DNA from: Zygnema circumcarinatum SAG 698-1b
Taxonomy: Eukaryota > Plantae > Zygnematophyceae
Length of the DNA stretch: 64,000 bases
Assembly (NCBI GenBank): GCA_037447605.1
Contig: CM074813.1
Span: 1,674,001-1,738,000 of the forward strand
Reading direction: 5' to 3'
Part shown: positions 10,881-28,170 of the stretch, piece by piece
How the letters are laid out: each line of letters begins with the position of its first letter
Position numbering within the stretch: position 1 is the first letter of the stretch
The notes under the pieces: generated by a model
Seen by the model: the letters and a program-made list of their open reading frames with translations, nothing else
The model's database searches: none
What the model was told of the DNA's origin: nothing
Made by a program: the position numbers and the translations under genes

Positions 10881-11724
10881 CATGCTGATGTTGTCCATAT
10901 ACATTTGATGGCCTCGCCATCGCGAGTTCAATGAAAGTTTGCGTTTCCCTTCATCGCCATCGCGAGATCAATGCCACTTCCATCCTTTTTCCTTTCCGCG
11001 CACAAATGAACAGTCGCGAGCAGCGCAGCGCGCCGTCCCCCCTTGCGGTGCGTGCGCTCGGACCGCAGTAGGCGCACACCAGAAAGTCCGTGGACTTGCC
11101 ACGTCATCCTTACGGATCTCAAACACGTGCAAGAACGCAAGACCATTGGTTTTTTCTTTTGCGGTGTGCAAATACAACACTGTGCTGTAATTCACTGCCT
11201 GTCAATACGTCGTCGCCTTCGTCGTCGTTATCGGCACACTAGTAACTGCTCACATGCGCTGTTATAGTTCCGTTGGTAAGTTCTATGGCTACGTTGTATG
11301 CTGGCTGGGCCGCAGTTTACGGTAGGATCTATGGATGCCCGAATCATTTCCCGTATATTCGTACAGTTCCTGCCACGCGTCCAACCTATGCTGAGCCATG
11401 TCAGCCAGTTACCATTACCGACGCCCGTTTGACCGCCACGTGTCGATTAATCCCACCAATGACCGCCCGGCATACGGCCAGCTGGACTCCCCCCTCCTCC
11501 CCTCCCCCTCAGCAACAGCCGCTCCCCCTCACAGCAACAGCCGCTCTCCCTCAAGGGCTCCCTGTTCCCCGTTCTCTACCTCCCCTCCCTCCCTCCCTCC
11601 CTCCCTCCCTCCGCCCGCCTTGGCTTCAGTGCTCCCGTCCCTTCTCCTCGCCATGGTGCCTCAGCATTATCCTTCGCTGCTTTTCACTGAGCTTCCTTCC
11701 CTCCACCCGCCTCTCCTTCTGTGA

Positions 11725-16207
<4,483 letters not shown>

Positions 16208-16749
16208 AGAAGGGTTCTTCACAGATACGAGGGCGGTGGAGGGGAGTAATAGATTATATAGAGCTTCCACCGGCAAGGGAACAGGGACAATGAATGTACA
16301 GATTGTTGACATAGAATGCAGCGCTTCTGTCAACGCAGCACTGCTCACAAGGTAAATGTCTGAGGCCGTCTAAGCTTATTGAAAAAGAAGTATTCTCCTT
16401 TTCCTTTATTTTTCTACCATCGTGGGTTAGTTTTCTTTGTACCATAAGGTCTCCACTTGTCGCTGAGCAGTGAAATAAAAAACGAGTAGTTGGCTCTGCA
16501 AGAAGAAGTTGGCGGTGGCTGCATTCACAACACTGCTTGCGTACAAAATAAACATCAAAACCTCCCCCACTCAGAGACCCCAGTTTCTGCCACTTGTGAA
16601 CATCAATGCCATGCTGGCCCATATCTCTGTGAACCCATGCATGCATGCATCCATGCATGTATGCATGTGTGGACAACAAGGTGTGAACACTGTTCTCTAG
16701 ATGTCCAATCCGACCGTTGACTCCGCCTCGAACATAGGGAATGCAATCA

Positions 16750-16949
16750 TGCACAGTTCGGACCAGTGGATCGGCAACCATTGGACAACCATTGGATGGC
16801 AATGGTTGGACGTCTACTGGTTGGCAATCAGTCGACTGGTTGCCAACCAGTGGATGCCACTGGTTGGCAACCAGTCGAATGGTTGTTTCGGTCCGCAACC
16901 ACTGGTTGCCAACCAGTCGACTGGTTTGTCTAATGGTCCGATCTGTGCA
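16750..16949. repeat. Fold-back (palindromic) dispersed repeat, copy 1
   Basis: TGCACAGTTCGGACCA...TGGTCCGATCTGTGCA arms enclose reiterated GGCAACCA(T/G/C)TGG units in both orientations; homologous to 61072-61212. Confidence 0.8.
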
Positions 16950-17061
16950 ATCATGTTGAGCCAAAAGCAGTCCCACACAAGGCAAGGCCACGCCCTCATC
17001 CATCCATGGCCATGGCCTGCCTCCTTCCTCACATGTACGGACGGCATGCGCATGTACTGTA

Positions 17062-18517
17062 CAGTAGCCCCCCCTAACATCTTCCACCCTGTACAGTGCG
17101 TCCCCAAGAAGTCGCCCCGATTTTGCCGAAACCACCTTTTTGTACGGTAACTCTGTGTTACTGTAGCCGTACTATCCGTACTACAGTATCCGTACTATCC
17201 GTATTATTCGTACTATCCGTACTAGCTGTACTAGCCGTTACGGGCTCACGCAAAACTCACCTAATCTTCCCGCGCGTGCCGCCGTAGAGGCGCTCGCTCT
17301 TCTCCCACTTCTTCTTGGCTTCAATACGATACGATACGGTACGATACGAAACTCCACGATACGGTACTATTCGTACTATTCGTACTAGCCGTACTAGCTG
17401 TACTAGCCGTTACGGGCTTACGCAAAACTCACCTAATCTCCCCGCACGTGCCGCCGTAAGAGGCGCTCGCTCTTCTCCCCTTCTTCGTGGCTTCGATACG
17501 ATACGATACCATATGGTACGATACGATACGATACGAAACGCCCCGATACGGTACTATCCGTACTATTCGTACGACATGTAGTAGCCGACACAGTACGATG
17601 CGATACGATATGGTACGGTGCGATACGTAAGGTCCAACATGAACTCTAACATAATACCGCCCGTCTATTGGTAACACGAACCTTATATATGCAAAATCAA
17701 TATTTTCGCCTCATATTGGCCAAAACCAGCGTGGAAAATATGAGGACCCCCTACTGTAGCCGTTACGGGCTTAAGCAAAACTCACCAAATCTTCCTGCAC
17801 GTGCCGCCGTAAGAGGCGCTCGCTCCTCTCCCCCTTCTTCTTGGCTTCGATACGGAACGACACGGTACGACACTGAGAGATATGGTATGATACGGTACGA
17901 TACGTACGGTACTATACGTACGAACATACATGAACTTTAACTTCCAGTCAACAGTCCTCGTATTTTCGCCATGGTTTTGGCAAATATGAGGCGAAAATCT
18001 TGATTTTGCATATATAAGGTTCGTGTTACCAATAGACGGGCGGTATTATGTTAGAGTTCATGTTGGACCATACGTATCGTACCGTACCATAACGTACCGT
18101 ATCGTACTGTATCATTTAGAATCGTATCGGATCGTGCCGTGTCGTATCGTATCGAAGCCAAGACGAAGTGGGAGAAGAGCGAGCGCCTCTTACGGCGGCA
18201 CGTGCGGGAAGATTAGGTGAGTTTTGCGTAAGCCCGTAACGGCTAGTACATCTAGTACGGACAGTACGAATAGTACGAATAGTACGGTTAACATAAAGTT
18301 ACCGTACAAAAAGGTGGTTTCGGCAAAATCGGGGCGAATTTCTTGGGACGCACTGTACAGGGTGGAAAATATGAGGACTGTTGACTGTAATACCGCTCGC
18401 CTATTCGCCTAGTCTGAGACCCCCTAATGGTAACACGGACCTTATATTTTGCAAATTCCAAGATTTTCGCCCAATATTTGCCGAAACCATGGCGAAAATA
18501 TTAGGGGGGGGGTACTG
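17062..18517. mobile_element. Nested cluster of Tc1/mariner (pogo-like) MITEs with CAGT termini and TA flanks
   Basis: TA|CAGTAGCCCCCCCTAA at 17062 and TTAGGGGGGGGGTACTG|TA at 18517. An inner inverted copy spans 17945-18387 with CAGTCAACAGTCCTC TIRs, and a further end CTACTG|TA lies at 17756. A ~100-bp core occurs at 17232, 17404, 17757 and inverted at ~18145-18245. Confidence 0.82.
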
Positions 18518-18897
18518 TACATGCACTGTACGGCTGGAAGTACGGTCGCCCAACAACGAACACCCCAGTTTGTCGTGACGCGGCACGCTGTTCCATGCGC
18601 CCCGAGCCCTACAAGATCGGCCCTGCGGCAAAACCCCCCGTGTTCGTGCGCCGCCATCCATGGGGGCTCGAGTGCAGCGCTGACCTCGCACCCGCCTCTC
18701 CGTCTTTGTCTCTCGCACTCTCTCTCTCGTGCTCTCTCGCACGTACACGTCCCTCTCGCTCTCTTGTTGCTGTCAACCCTCGCTGCTTCTTTCTTAGCAT
18801 ACAAATCGTGACGATTTCAGCAGGTAGCCGCCTTTCTTTAGCTGTTTTCTTTAGGGTTACTTAATCGAAGAGAGTGAGAATTTCGGCTTAACCATTC

Positions 18898-21800
18898 ATG
18901 GCGGACGGGGGAGGAGGGGACATGGAAGAAGGCGTCTTTGGAAGAATCGAAGGACTCTCCCGTCCCAGTTTTTCTCTTTCCTTTCGCTCTGATCCCGCTC
19001 TCTACGGCGGAGGAGGAGCAGGAGGGAAAGCGAGAGGAAAGGGGCACAGGGGGAGGTTGACAACTCCATACAGCCGGTCGGCGCTGCCCGCTCACGGCAG
19101 CCATGGCAGAAACAGGAATGGAGGGACAGCTGGCGGAGGCTCGGAGGAGAGTGGGAGCAGGGGCTCGGGGTGGCTGGGAGGGTGGAAGATGCCTTCTTTG
19201 GGGGGTTTGTGGGGATGGGGAGGAGGGAGGGGAGAGAAAGAAGAGGGAGGGGAGCGGGAGGAGCGGCAGAGTGATGGTGAGTTTGGATGACTGACAACTG
19301 GCGTTTTTGGAAGGCTCGCAGAATTTGTGGGCAGTTTAAAGTGTGTAGAGGAGCTTGTGAATGGTGTGAGGCTGAGTATTCTGTGGATGAAAATGGCGAC
19401 GCCAACGACAGCTAACAATGATGACGACGGCGATGATGATGATGATGGTGCTGATGTGTATGCTGATGCTGATGATGCTGTTATTGTCAAGGATGGTGTT
19501 GTCGATGGTAAAGATGATGATGATGTAACTCTGGGGGTGAACGTGAGTGATGTTCTAATGATGTGGAGGGTTCTGTGTATCAGACGCAGCCATACAGAAC
19601 AGAAATGGAGTCGGCAGAGCTGCGGAGGTGGGGGCGCCAACAGGCCCGAGCAGTGGAGGGCTCCTTGCCTTGAATGCGTTGTTGGAGGGAGAGAGGGAAC
19701 CCACAAGGTCAGGGGCTGCACTTATTGTTGCATTGCTGAATGATGTTCCTCTCACTGTTGTTGATTCTCTGTCGTCACTGTGCTTCCCCCTTTTTTCTTT
19801 TTTCCTTCACTCGAGTGGACAATCTCCTCCTTCCCGACTTCGTTGTATTCTTGCTCTTCCTCACTCCCTGGCGATTTCTCTCTATCGCTTCCTCTGATTC
19901 TCCGTCTCCCCACTTCTGGCTTCCCTCTTGACCTTTTAGTTCGTTTGTTGTACAATATTCTCTTGCCAACTGGCACCGTTTTTCTCGTGAAGACTATTTT
20001 GTTGTGGCGATTCATTTTGACAAGATATTGCTGAAACTGGCTCTTTGCCAGCAGGCTCAAAGCAGCAGTCTGCCCGGGGAATTGTTTTTATATTTGTTTT
20101 TGCTTACACTGGGAAAGTGTGATTGTGCAGAGAGGAGGCGGAAGTCCTGAAGAAGTTGGCAGAAAGATATGCATCGGGGAATGGAAAAGGAAAAGAGAAA
20201 GTGGGTGTAAGAAAGGAGTTAGGTGCGGAGGCCTCGTATATGTTGACAGCACGGAGAACTGATGGTGTGCGGGATGCGTACCAATCGACACCCCCAAGAG
20301 TGGGGCTCCTCTCTCCGCAGCAGCAGGAGGAGTTTCACACGCCTGAAGGTGACGGGAATATGCATGAGGTGAGAGGCAAGGGAGTGGAGGAGGCAGTATG
20401 AGTCTGGAGAGGTAGAGTAGAGAGAGAGAGAGGGGGGGGGGGGGAGGGAGAGAGAGAGAGAGAGGTAGCAGGTGGAGAGGGAGGAGAGAAAGCTCTGAGA
20501 AGTCAAGCAAGCCCCAACGCTTTAGGGAGGCAGGAGCTAATTTAATGCCTTTATTTATTGCTTGACTCATTCAATTTTTTTCAAGAAGTCTGGTTTCAGC
20601 TTGAAACTGTTATGACTTGCAGGACGAGATGGATCGGCAAGAGATTCGGACAAGAACACCGAGTTCGTTAGTGGATGAGTTTATGAAAAATAGCCCCATG
20701 CCGCCAATGAGGGGGCAGAGGGTCACTGTGCTTCCAGATGGGGTGCGAGTAGAGCCATGGAGGGAAGTGGGACTGAGTGGGAGGGGGGTAATGAGTGAAA
20801 GAGTGGAGCTACGGGGGATGGGAGGAGCAAGTGGGAGGATGGAGGAGAATGGGAGAGTGGATTTGTGGAGGGGCGAAGGGCAGGAGATAAGAGAGGAGAG
20901 AACCGGACGAGCAGCAGATAATGGGAGGGTGGAGCGCTGGAGAAGAGATAGAGGAGAAGGTTGGAGGGGGGAGAGGAGTGGGAGAGCAATTGAATATTTT
21001 GGACAGCCTCTTTTTTCTGATATATCTCATGAAACTCGGCAAGACCAGCTAAATTTAGTCCCTTCGGCGAGACGAGCTCCGGCCTACCCATCGACTACAC
21101 CATATGCACGAGCTGCACAGGTGAGAACAGAAGAAACGAAGTGAGGTGCTTCTCTTCTCACTCTTTCGCTTGACTTTCCTTAGCTTTACCATAAAATTGA
21201 TCGAAGCAAAGTTCGGCAATGGCTGATTTCAGTTGCAGCGAACATGGACAAATATGATTGCAATGAATCAGTAATGAGTATTATAAACTGCGCAACTTGT
21301 TTTGACTCTTAAACTGTTTTACGGGTTAGTCGCATTCTCACGCTCAAATAAAACAACTAGTGTTTGCCAGGAAATCAGCATTGTCATTAAGTTCGAAAGG
21401 CATTCGCTTAATGGCGTGCTTGCATCTGTTGGTTGATAGTTGGTGGACGGAATTCAACCAGGCCGTGCTTTATCCAGCTTCGCTGTGCCAAAGCCTGTGC
21501 AACAGGTGAGCTTAGTATCTCGCCTCTCTTTCTATCCCTCTCTGTCCTTCTCCCACTCTGCCGCTTTCTCTCCCTTCGCCAACCTGCTCCTCTCTCCCTT
21601 CCGTTGTTCAACCCCCCCATTTTCTCTTTGTTGGCCCTTCTCGTGATCTCCCTCTCTCTTGGCTTTCTTCATTCTGAATACCCTTCTCTCTCTGTTCCTC
21701 GTTACAGGCAGCTGACTGCCTTGACACTTCAATGAGTTCCTCCCTCCTCATCCCATTCAGTGTGACTTAGGGCATCTATGTGGAAAGGTCAATCTTCATT

Positions 21801-24800
21801 TTGTAGCGGGGTCATGACACATATCTCTCTGTTTCCGTACTGCAGAGCCGAAAAAGGCAGAGTTCATCTGTGGACGATGGCTGGGCCTCTGTGGCGCCTC
21901 TCCGTAATACTCGACATAAAACCTTGTCAGGATGGCAAGGTGGAGCAGGTACATCGCACCTCAATCAGGGAGGGACCAGTTCTGAAGCGACGACAGCTGA
22001 ACGTAAAGCAGATGCTAGCACTTCAACACATAGAGCCACAACAATGCCGTCAAATGCCGCTCAAAAAGCGCAGCAGATTTTGGACCGCCTACGGGTAGAT
22101 GGGTCTGGAAGGCCGGCAGCCGATACTAGAAAGGCTAGTGAAGCTCTTACTGTAGAGCAGCTTGGCCCAAGGGCTGTAAATAACCCCTTCCCTCCTCCCC
22201 CCATGGAGACTTTGGAGACTGGAGCAGCGAAGGCATATTTCGTCACCTTACCCCCAAATACTCCGGAACAGTATCAAGCGGCAGCGAGGGCTATAGCGGA
22301 GGCAAGGGTGTCAGGAGGACCTACAAATGTAACTCCCATTTCTGCGATGACTTCGTCTGCCACAACTGCTACTGCTACTGTTCCTACCACTACTGCTGGC
22401 AACGCTACGGCGACAACTGCTGTCACTATGGACAAGGGGAAAGAGCCGGCGCAGCATGGGGGAACTCTGCGAGGCGATAGACCTCGTGAGGAGAAGGTTG
22501 GCAAGGATATGGTGGAGCAGGGAGTATTATTCCGAGCAGAGAATGGAGGGGATAGAGGAGGATATGGTGGGAGTGGTTCTGCCTCGAAGGCTAGCTTCCG
22601 CATGACGCTCAATGTAAGTCATGATGACGATGGTGATTATTTTCCTGCATACAGTATATAGGGCTTTGTGCCGTACTTCCATATATTTTTTGCAGGTAGG
22701 TGTGGTGGCAACTATTTCCAGAAAGTGATTTGGAAAGCGGAGAGGCGACTGTCACATTTGCTTTTGGACTTGTTTCTGACAGATAGCACCCTTTCATGTG
22801 CAGGCTGAAGATGAGCAAGTTGGTCCTGAAAGACCCAATGATAAGTTTTCCGCTCCAACTTCACCCTTCCAAACTGCGCATACTCAGAGCAGGCCCACAT
22901 CTTCTCTACCTCCTGTCAGTGCTATTCCTCCCATAAAACCGTCGGGCTTCTCCTTCCAAGAAGCAGCTGCTGAAAATGTTCCGCAGACTCCTAAACTAAG
23001 CCGTAAGAATTCAGAAACTCCCCCGACGGCTAGTAAGGAGGAAGGCGAAGCAGGAAAGATTCCTCCAATCTATCAATTTGGAGCTGTAGCAGGGAACGTG
23101 GCAGAAGCAGGGAAAAGGATTAATTTTGGAGCAAATGCTGCTGCTCGCGAGGGGGTGGGAGGCGAGAGAGAGGAACCAAAGTTCACTTTCCATGGCGCCA
23201 AGCAAGCAGAGGTTTCTAGGTAAGTCAACATTCAAATGAATTTGATTCTTTTAAGGTTGTCAGGAATGTGACCACAGTCGCTAGGTAAGGGAGAGCTGCT
23301 TTTCATTACATTGAGTAAAGGGCTGTAAGCAACTCGGCTATGTTTTAGTGTTTGCAGAAGTTTGGAGAAAAGCCTTTTTCTGTTTTTTAGATTCTGTAAG
23401 GGTGAATATACCTGGCTAGCTGATTGCTTTCGTTGGGTAGATATTGAGCCGTAGGAGTTTGTTTGCCTTAATTAGTACTTGCTTACTTTGGAATATTTGT
23501 AAGTTTAACTCATACGGTGACGCTCATGGATAAACTCTAAGTTTTGCAGAAATGTGAAGGTTAGTGTACTTGTTGGCATTGTATTAGTTTGGCCTTAGAA
23601 GGTGTACCGCGTCAAGCTTGTCAGTGGAATTGATGGGTGCGAACTTTCTCCTGTTTTTTCTCCTTATGCAGTGGCAGCGGTGCAGTCAGTTCTGGAAAGA
23701 CTGCCCCTGCAACCCCTTCGCTTTTCCTGAATGCGCCAATCGGGTCTCTTCCAGCAGCCGAGAAAGATAGTTCAATTCCTAAAATAGGAACGGAACCATA
23801 TTTTGGCAACTCTGTGTTCAAATCCGGTGCCGCTGAAGGTGAGGTTATGTTTTATTGGAAAGGACTATTTTCCTGCCCTCATGCAGACCTCGCTTTCATG
23901 TCTCTCTAACTTCTAAAAGACAAGAGGACAACTTCATTCCTTGAAAGTTTCAAACCAGCTAAAGGACAAGCCTAGTTATCGAAGCTCTCATGCTAAGTCA
24001 ACCGGATGTTGTTTCACTTCTCACTTCCGCCTTTTATGTTCCCCCTCCCCAGCCTACTTCCCCTATCCACCTCTTCATTGTAACCCTTCTTATTTTACCA
24101 GCTACCTCCACCTTCGTTCTTGTCGCTTCCCTCCTCTTTTCTTCCACTCTATTTTACGCCTGTGTTTCTACAACAGTGGAGATTCAATTTATGAACCGCT
24201 AACCTGTTTTCTGTCGGGTGCAGAGGGACCTACTGCAGCTAAGCCGGCAAAAGAAGCCATGCCTGCCCCACAGTTTAGAAAACCAGGTATTTTTACTACA
24301 AATGAAGCAGAGTCTACTGTTCCAACAGCAACTCCATCGCAAGGAATTTTCTCCACTACCCAAAATGGTCCTTCTCCGTCTGGGTCAAATCCGCCACCTG
24401 GCAGGGCTACTCAGTTGTTCAACCAATCTCCTACTCCAGATGCTGCTGGAAAAAATGACCTCACTGATACCCAAATCCCCAAATCCCCTCCCTCATTCAT
24501 GCTTGGAAGTGTGTCGGATAACGAGAAGGTTACAGGAGGAGAGAAAGCAGAGGGTTTGTTTGTCTTCGGAGGTAACAATACCACACCTGCGAGCTCCCCA
24601 AGTCCTCCCTTGTTTTCAATGAATGGGAATCTGTCAGGTGGTGCAAAATTGACTTCGTTATTTGGGGCGTCGCCTTTTTCGACCTCTTCGTCGGTAGAGC
24701 CCAAAAGTAGTATTTTTGGGGGAGAAGGTGCCCAGAAGAAGCGTGCACTCGATGGTAATGAAGTGAAGGACACTCCCTTCTCGGCAGGAGGATCGATATT

Positions 24801-25914
24801 TGGGGGCGTATCGGGTACTCCGAATAGCGATGTTGCGAGTACTGCGGCAGCTTCTACCACCTCCGTTACTACTCTCCCACCACCCACAGGTGGATCAATG
24901 TTCAGCCAAGCTTTTCCAAGTGGAACCTTGCCAAGTGGACCTAGTTCAATCACTTTACCCAGTGTGAACACTCCCCCCATTGCCAGCTCTCCTGCTTCCG
25001 GAAGTTCGTCTGCGTTTGGAAGCACAGCGCCCGTGTTTGGCTCTTCGGGCATCTTTGGACAGGTGTCATCTGCTCCGGCATTTGGGGCATCGTCAGCCAA
25101 TCCCTTGTCGCCATTTGGCGGCAGCTCAACTCCAGCTCCGATCTTTGGGGCTTCTACCATTAGCAGCTCTTCGGGCTCTATTTTTGGGAATATACAAGCA
25201 GCTGCCTCGTCACCTAGCGTACTGCCATTTGGAACGAGTACACTGCCATCTGGTACATCTTCAACTGCTCTGCCCTTCAGTTTTGCTGGTGCTGCCGCAT
25301 CGGCTGCCAGTCGTAGTTCGCAGTTTCAGTTTGGTTCAAGTGCACCTGCGGCTTCATCTCCCACTGTGACAGCAAATCCCTTTGGAGCACTCCCTTCAGC
25401 GGGACCCGGCTTCATGTTTGGAAGTCAAACGCAAAGTCAACTGCAGCCTCAACCAACGATGACCTTTGGGGCAGTTGCCAGCACTGGGTTCGTCGGTGCA
25501 GGAGGAGGAGGAGGTGGTGCTAGTAACCCTGTAGAGGACAGCATGGCAGTCGAGCCATTCTCTCCTCCTAAAGGAATGTCACAGAATATTGTGTTTGGAA
25601 GCCAATCTCCGGTTCCTTCTCCAGGGTTTAATTTTGGGGCTCAGCCAGTAGCTCCTGCTGCCTCTCCTCCCTCTCCTTTTGCCTTCGGAGCAGCATCCGC
25701 AGCTCCGTCCGCACCCATAACTTTTGGGGCCATGCAGCAGGCAGGTCAGCAACCATTCACGGTCCCGAGTGCACCTATTGGGTTTGGGGGGGCGGCTCCG
25801 GGGCCTGTCCAGTTCAATATGGGGGGAGGTGGAGATAAGCCGGAGTTCAGTATGGGGGGAGGTGGAGATAAGCCGGGTCGAAGGATCGTAAAGGCGAAAA
25901 GGAATCGAAGGTAG
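18898..25914 (+). CDS. NUP1: Nuclear basket FG-nucleoporin NUP1/NUP136-like
   Basis: N-terminal YGGGGAGGKARG..TTPYSR..GWL motif; LNALLEGEREPTR|EEAEVLKKL; FG-rich Ser/Ala/Pro C-terminal exon 24221-25914 (many FG, FxFG) ending GRRIVKAKRNRR*. Approximate exons 18898-19276, 19590-19707, 20131-20368, 20624-21120, 21845-22613, 22804-23217, 23674-23841, 24221-25914. Confidence 0.82.
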
Positions 25915-28170
25915 ATGATGTAGCTTGTTCTCTCCTTCTCTCTCTCACCCGACCCTCTCTCCGTCCTATTCCACTCTCTCTCTCTCCCTCGTCTTCTCCC
26001 GCTTCTTTCACTTTCCCTCCAGCTTCTCCCCTCTCCCCTCTCCCACTCCTCTCTCCTTTCGCCCTCCCCTCCCCCTTTCCTGCTCTCTCTCCATGCCCTT
26101 TTCCCTCTCCGTTTCTCCTCTCCCCTCTTCCTCGCCCCCCCCTCTCTCCTCTCCCTTTCCCTTTTCCAGCCCCCTTCCTCGTTCCCTCCCCCTCTACATT
26201 CCTTCCCACTTCTGCCTCCTCCTTGTCATCCCCTCCATCCCATTGTATGAGGCAGCAATCATGTGGGGTTAGGGCAGTACGACTTTGTTGAAAATGTGGG
26301 TCAGTTCTACGGAGTGCCGACCATTATTGAACGACGCTTTTTGAGGTGGGGGGTACCGGGGCGGGGATTTTTCGGAAGCTTAACAGTACAGAAGGATAGG
26401 AGAGTGACAGTAGTGGCTCTGGGTAGAACACTGTGCAGGAGGAGCCGGGTGACCATACGGATTGTGGCTGGCACGACACATTTTGTGGTTCATATATTTT
26501 TCTTTTTTGGGTTTCTAATCAAGATATGTTCTCGTTTTTTGAAATGTTGCGTTTCTTCGTTTGAAGTGGCGGTTGGAATCGTTGAAATTTCTAGGGATTA
26601 GAGGTCCTATGATGCGCATGTTTTGGCACGTTCGTCTGACAGGGTGAAATGTGTTTAACACTTTTGGTATTCAGAGTATGCGGGACGGACAGAAATCTCA
26701 AACAAATCAAACAACGCTAAAAAATCACAAGAAGTTGAACGACTCCTTTTGCTTTGTTAGTTTATGTAAATTTCATTGCATGTGCCATGCGTGTTTCTCG
26801 CTCTTGTTTCTTTCCTTCCCCTTCATACAAATCTGCGGTCGCCTTGTGGGGACCCCACGTGTGGGTAGATGTATGCAGTCAGAGCTGAAGTTGCCAAAGG
26901 GGAGTCAAGAACAAGCCAAGGAATGCGCCATGTAACATGCGGCATTCCTGTTGGCTCATTTCCATTCCATGTCTCGCAGGACACAGGCGATGGCCCACCT
27001 TCATGACCGTACATCCATAGAACGACTACAACGTTCCTATGAGTAGAAAATGGGCAACAGTCGTCCCTTTAATCTCTTAAATTATGGACCCAAGATGAGA
27101 ACGGCGTGGCGAACAACGATTACAGAGACTAGTCTACATTCTGAAGTGAAGTTAAAAGTGAAAGTGAAGTGTCCCTGCCTCGAGTTCCATTGAAGGTACT
27201 GTACCTTGAAAGGCAAGGCCGATCCCAGGCTGTTGTATGGTTTTTCCCGTCTGTGGCTTGAAGCAGGCGGCTGTATGTGCCAACCCAACAGCGCAGAAAA
27301 GTACAGAGGATAGTCACAGAGAGCGTCAAGTCATAAGTTAACCAAACCTGGCTGACTGACTCTGACCAATTTCCTTCTGTCAACCGACGAGGGACGACAG
27401 AGAGAAGGCACAAATTCAGGTCGTGGGTTCGAACTTCGCGCTCGTCGTACTTCCGGCCGCCATGGCTTGAGTTGCACGCAAGCTTCTCGTTCCACGCAAC
27501 TCTTCGTCTTCGTTTTCCCTCGTTTCGCGTTCTATTCAGCATTTCTCGTCCTCTCTCTCTCTGACCCCTCCACTCTTTTCCGTCTTTGTCCCCTTCTACG
27601 TTTCTATCCCACCCCCCGTTTCGATCGCATCCTTTCCTTCTATCTCATCTGCCCCCTCCCACATCTCGGCTCCAGTGAACTCCCTCCCCTCCCCTACCTC
27701 ACACCTCACAATTAATTTACACAAAACACCATATCTGAATATTAACGTTTGAAAGTCCTCTAAACAACCCATCTAGACAGCCCCACGTTCTGAACTCTCC
27801 TCTCGCATCTCCACAATTCTCTTCTCCACTTCCGCTCTCGTCTACAACCCTCTCTCCCTCTTTTCTCCCTTTACTACCTTTCTCTCGTTTCTCCCTTACA
27901 GATCCTCCCCTCTTTTTCTCAAAACCATCGTCCTCATTCTCTCATACAGCCTCCCACCCCCCACCCCCTCATTTCCCTTCTTCCTTCCTCTCCTCCTCTC
28001 TTTTCCTCTGACACCCCCCTCCCCCCCCTCCTTCGCTTCCATCCCTCCTCACCTCCTCTCGTTTCCTTTGATTTTTCTACCTGTATCCTTTATATACATT
28101 ATCGTACCCATAAATCCTTTAAATCCTTTCCCCCCCCCCTCTCCCCACATCCTTCTCGTTTAATAGCGAG

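Noticed and set aside
19400-19560. Asp-rich ORF (19327-19743) inside NUP1 intron 1
   Set aside because: The acidic run comes from a (GAT)n microsatellite; only its 3' part (from ~19590) is a real NUP1 exon, in a different frame.
27414-27445. tRNA T-arm-like CAGGTCGTGGGTTCGAAC
   Set aside because: The T-stem pairs poorly, and there is no A box, D arm or acceptor stem; at most a decayed SINE/tRNA fragment.
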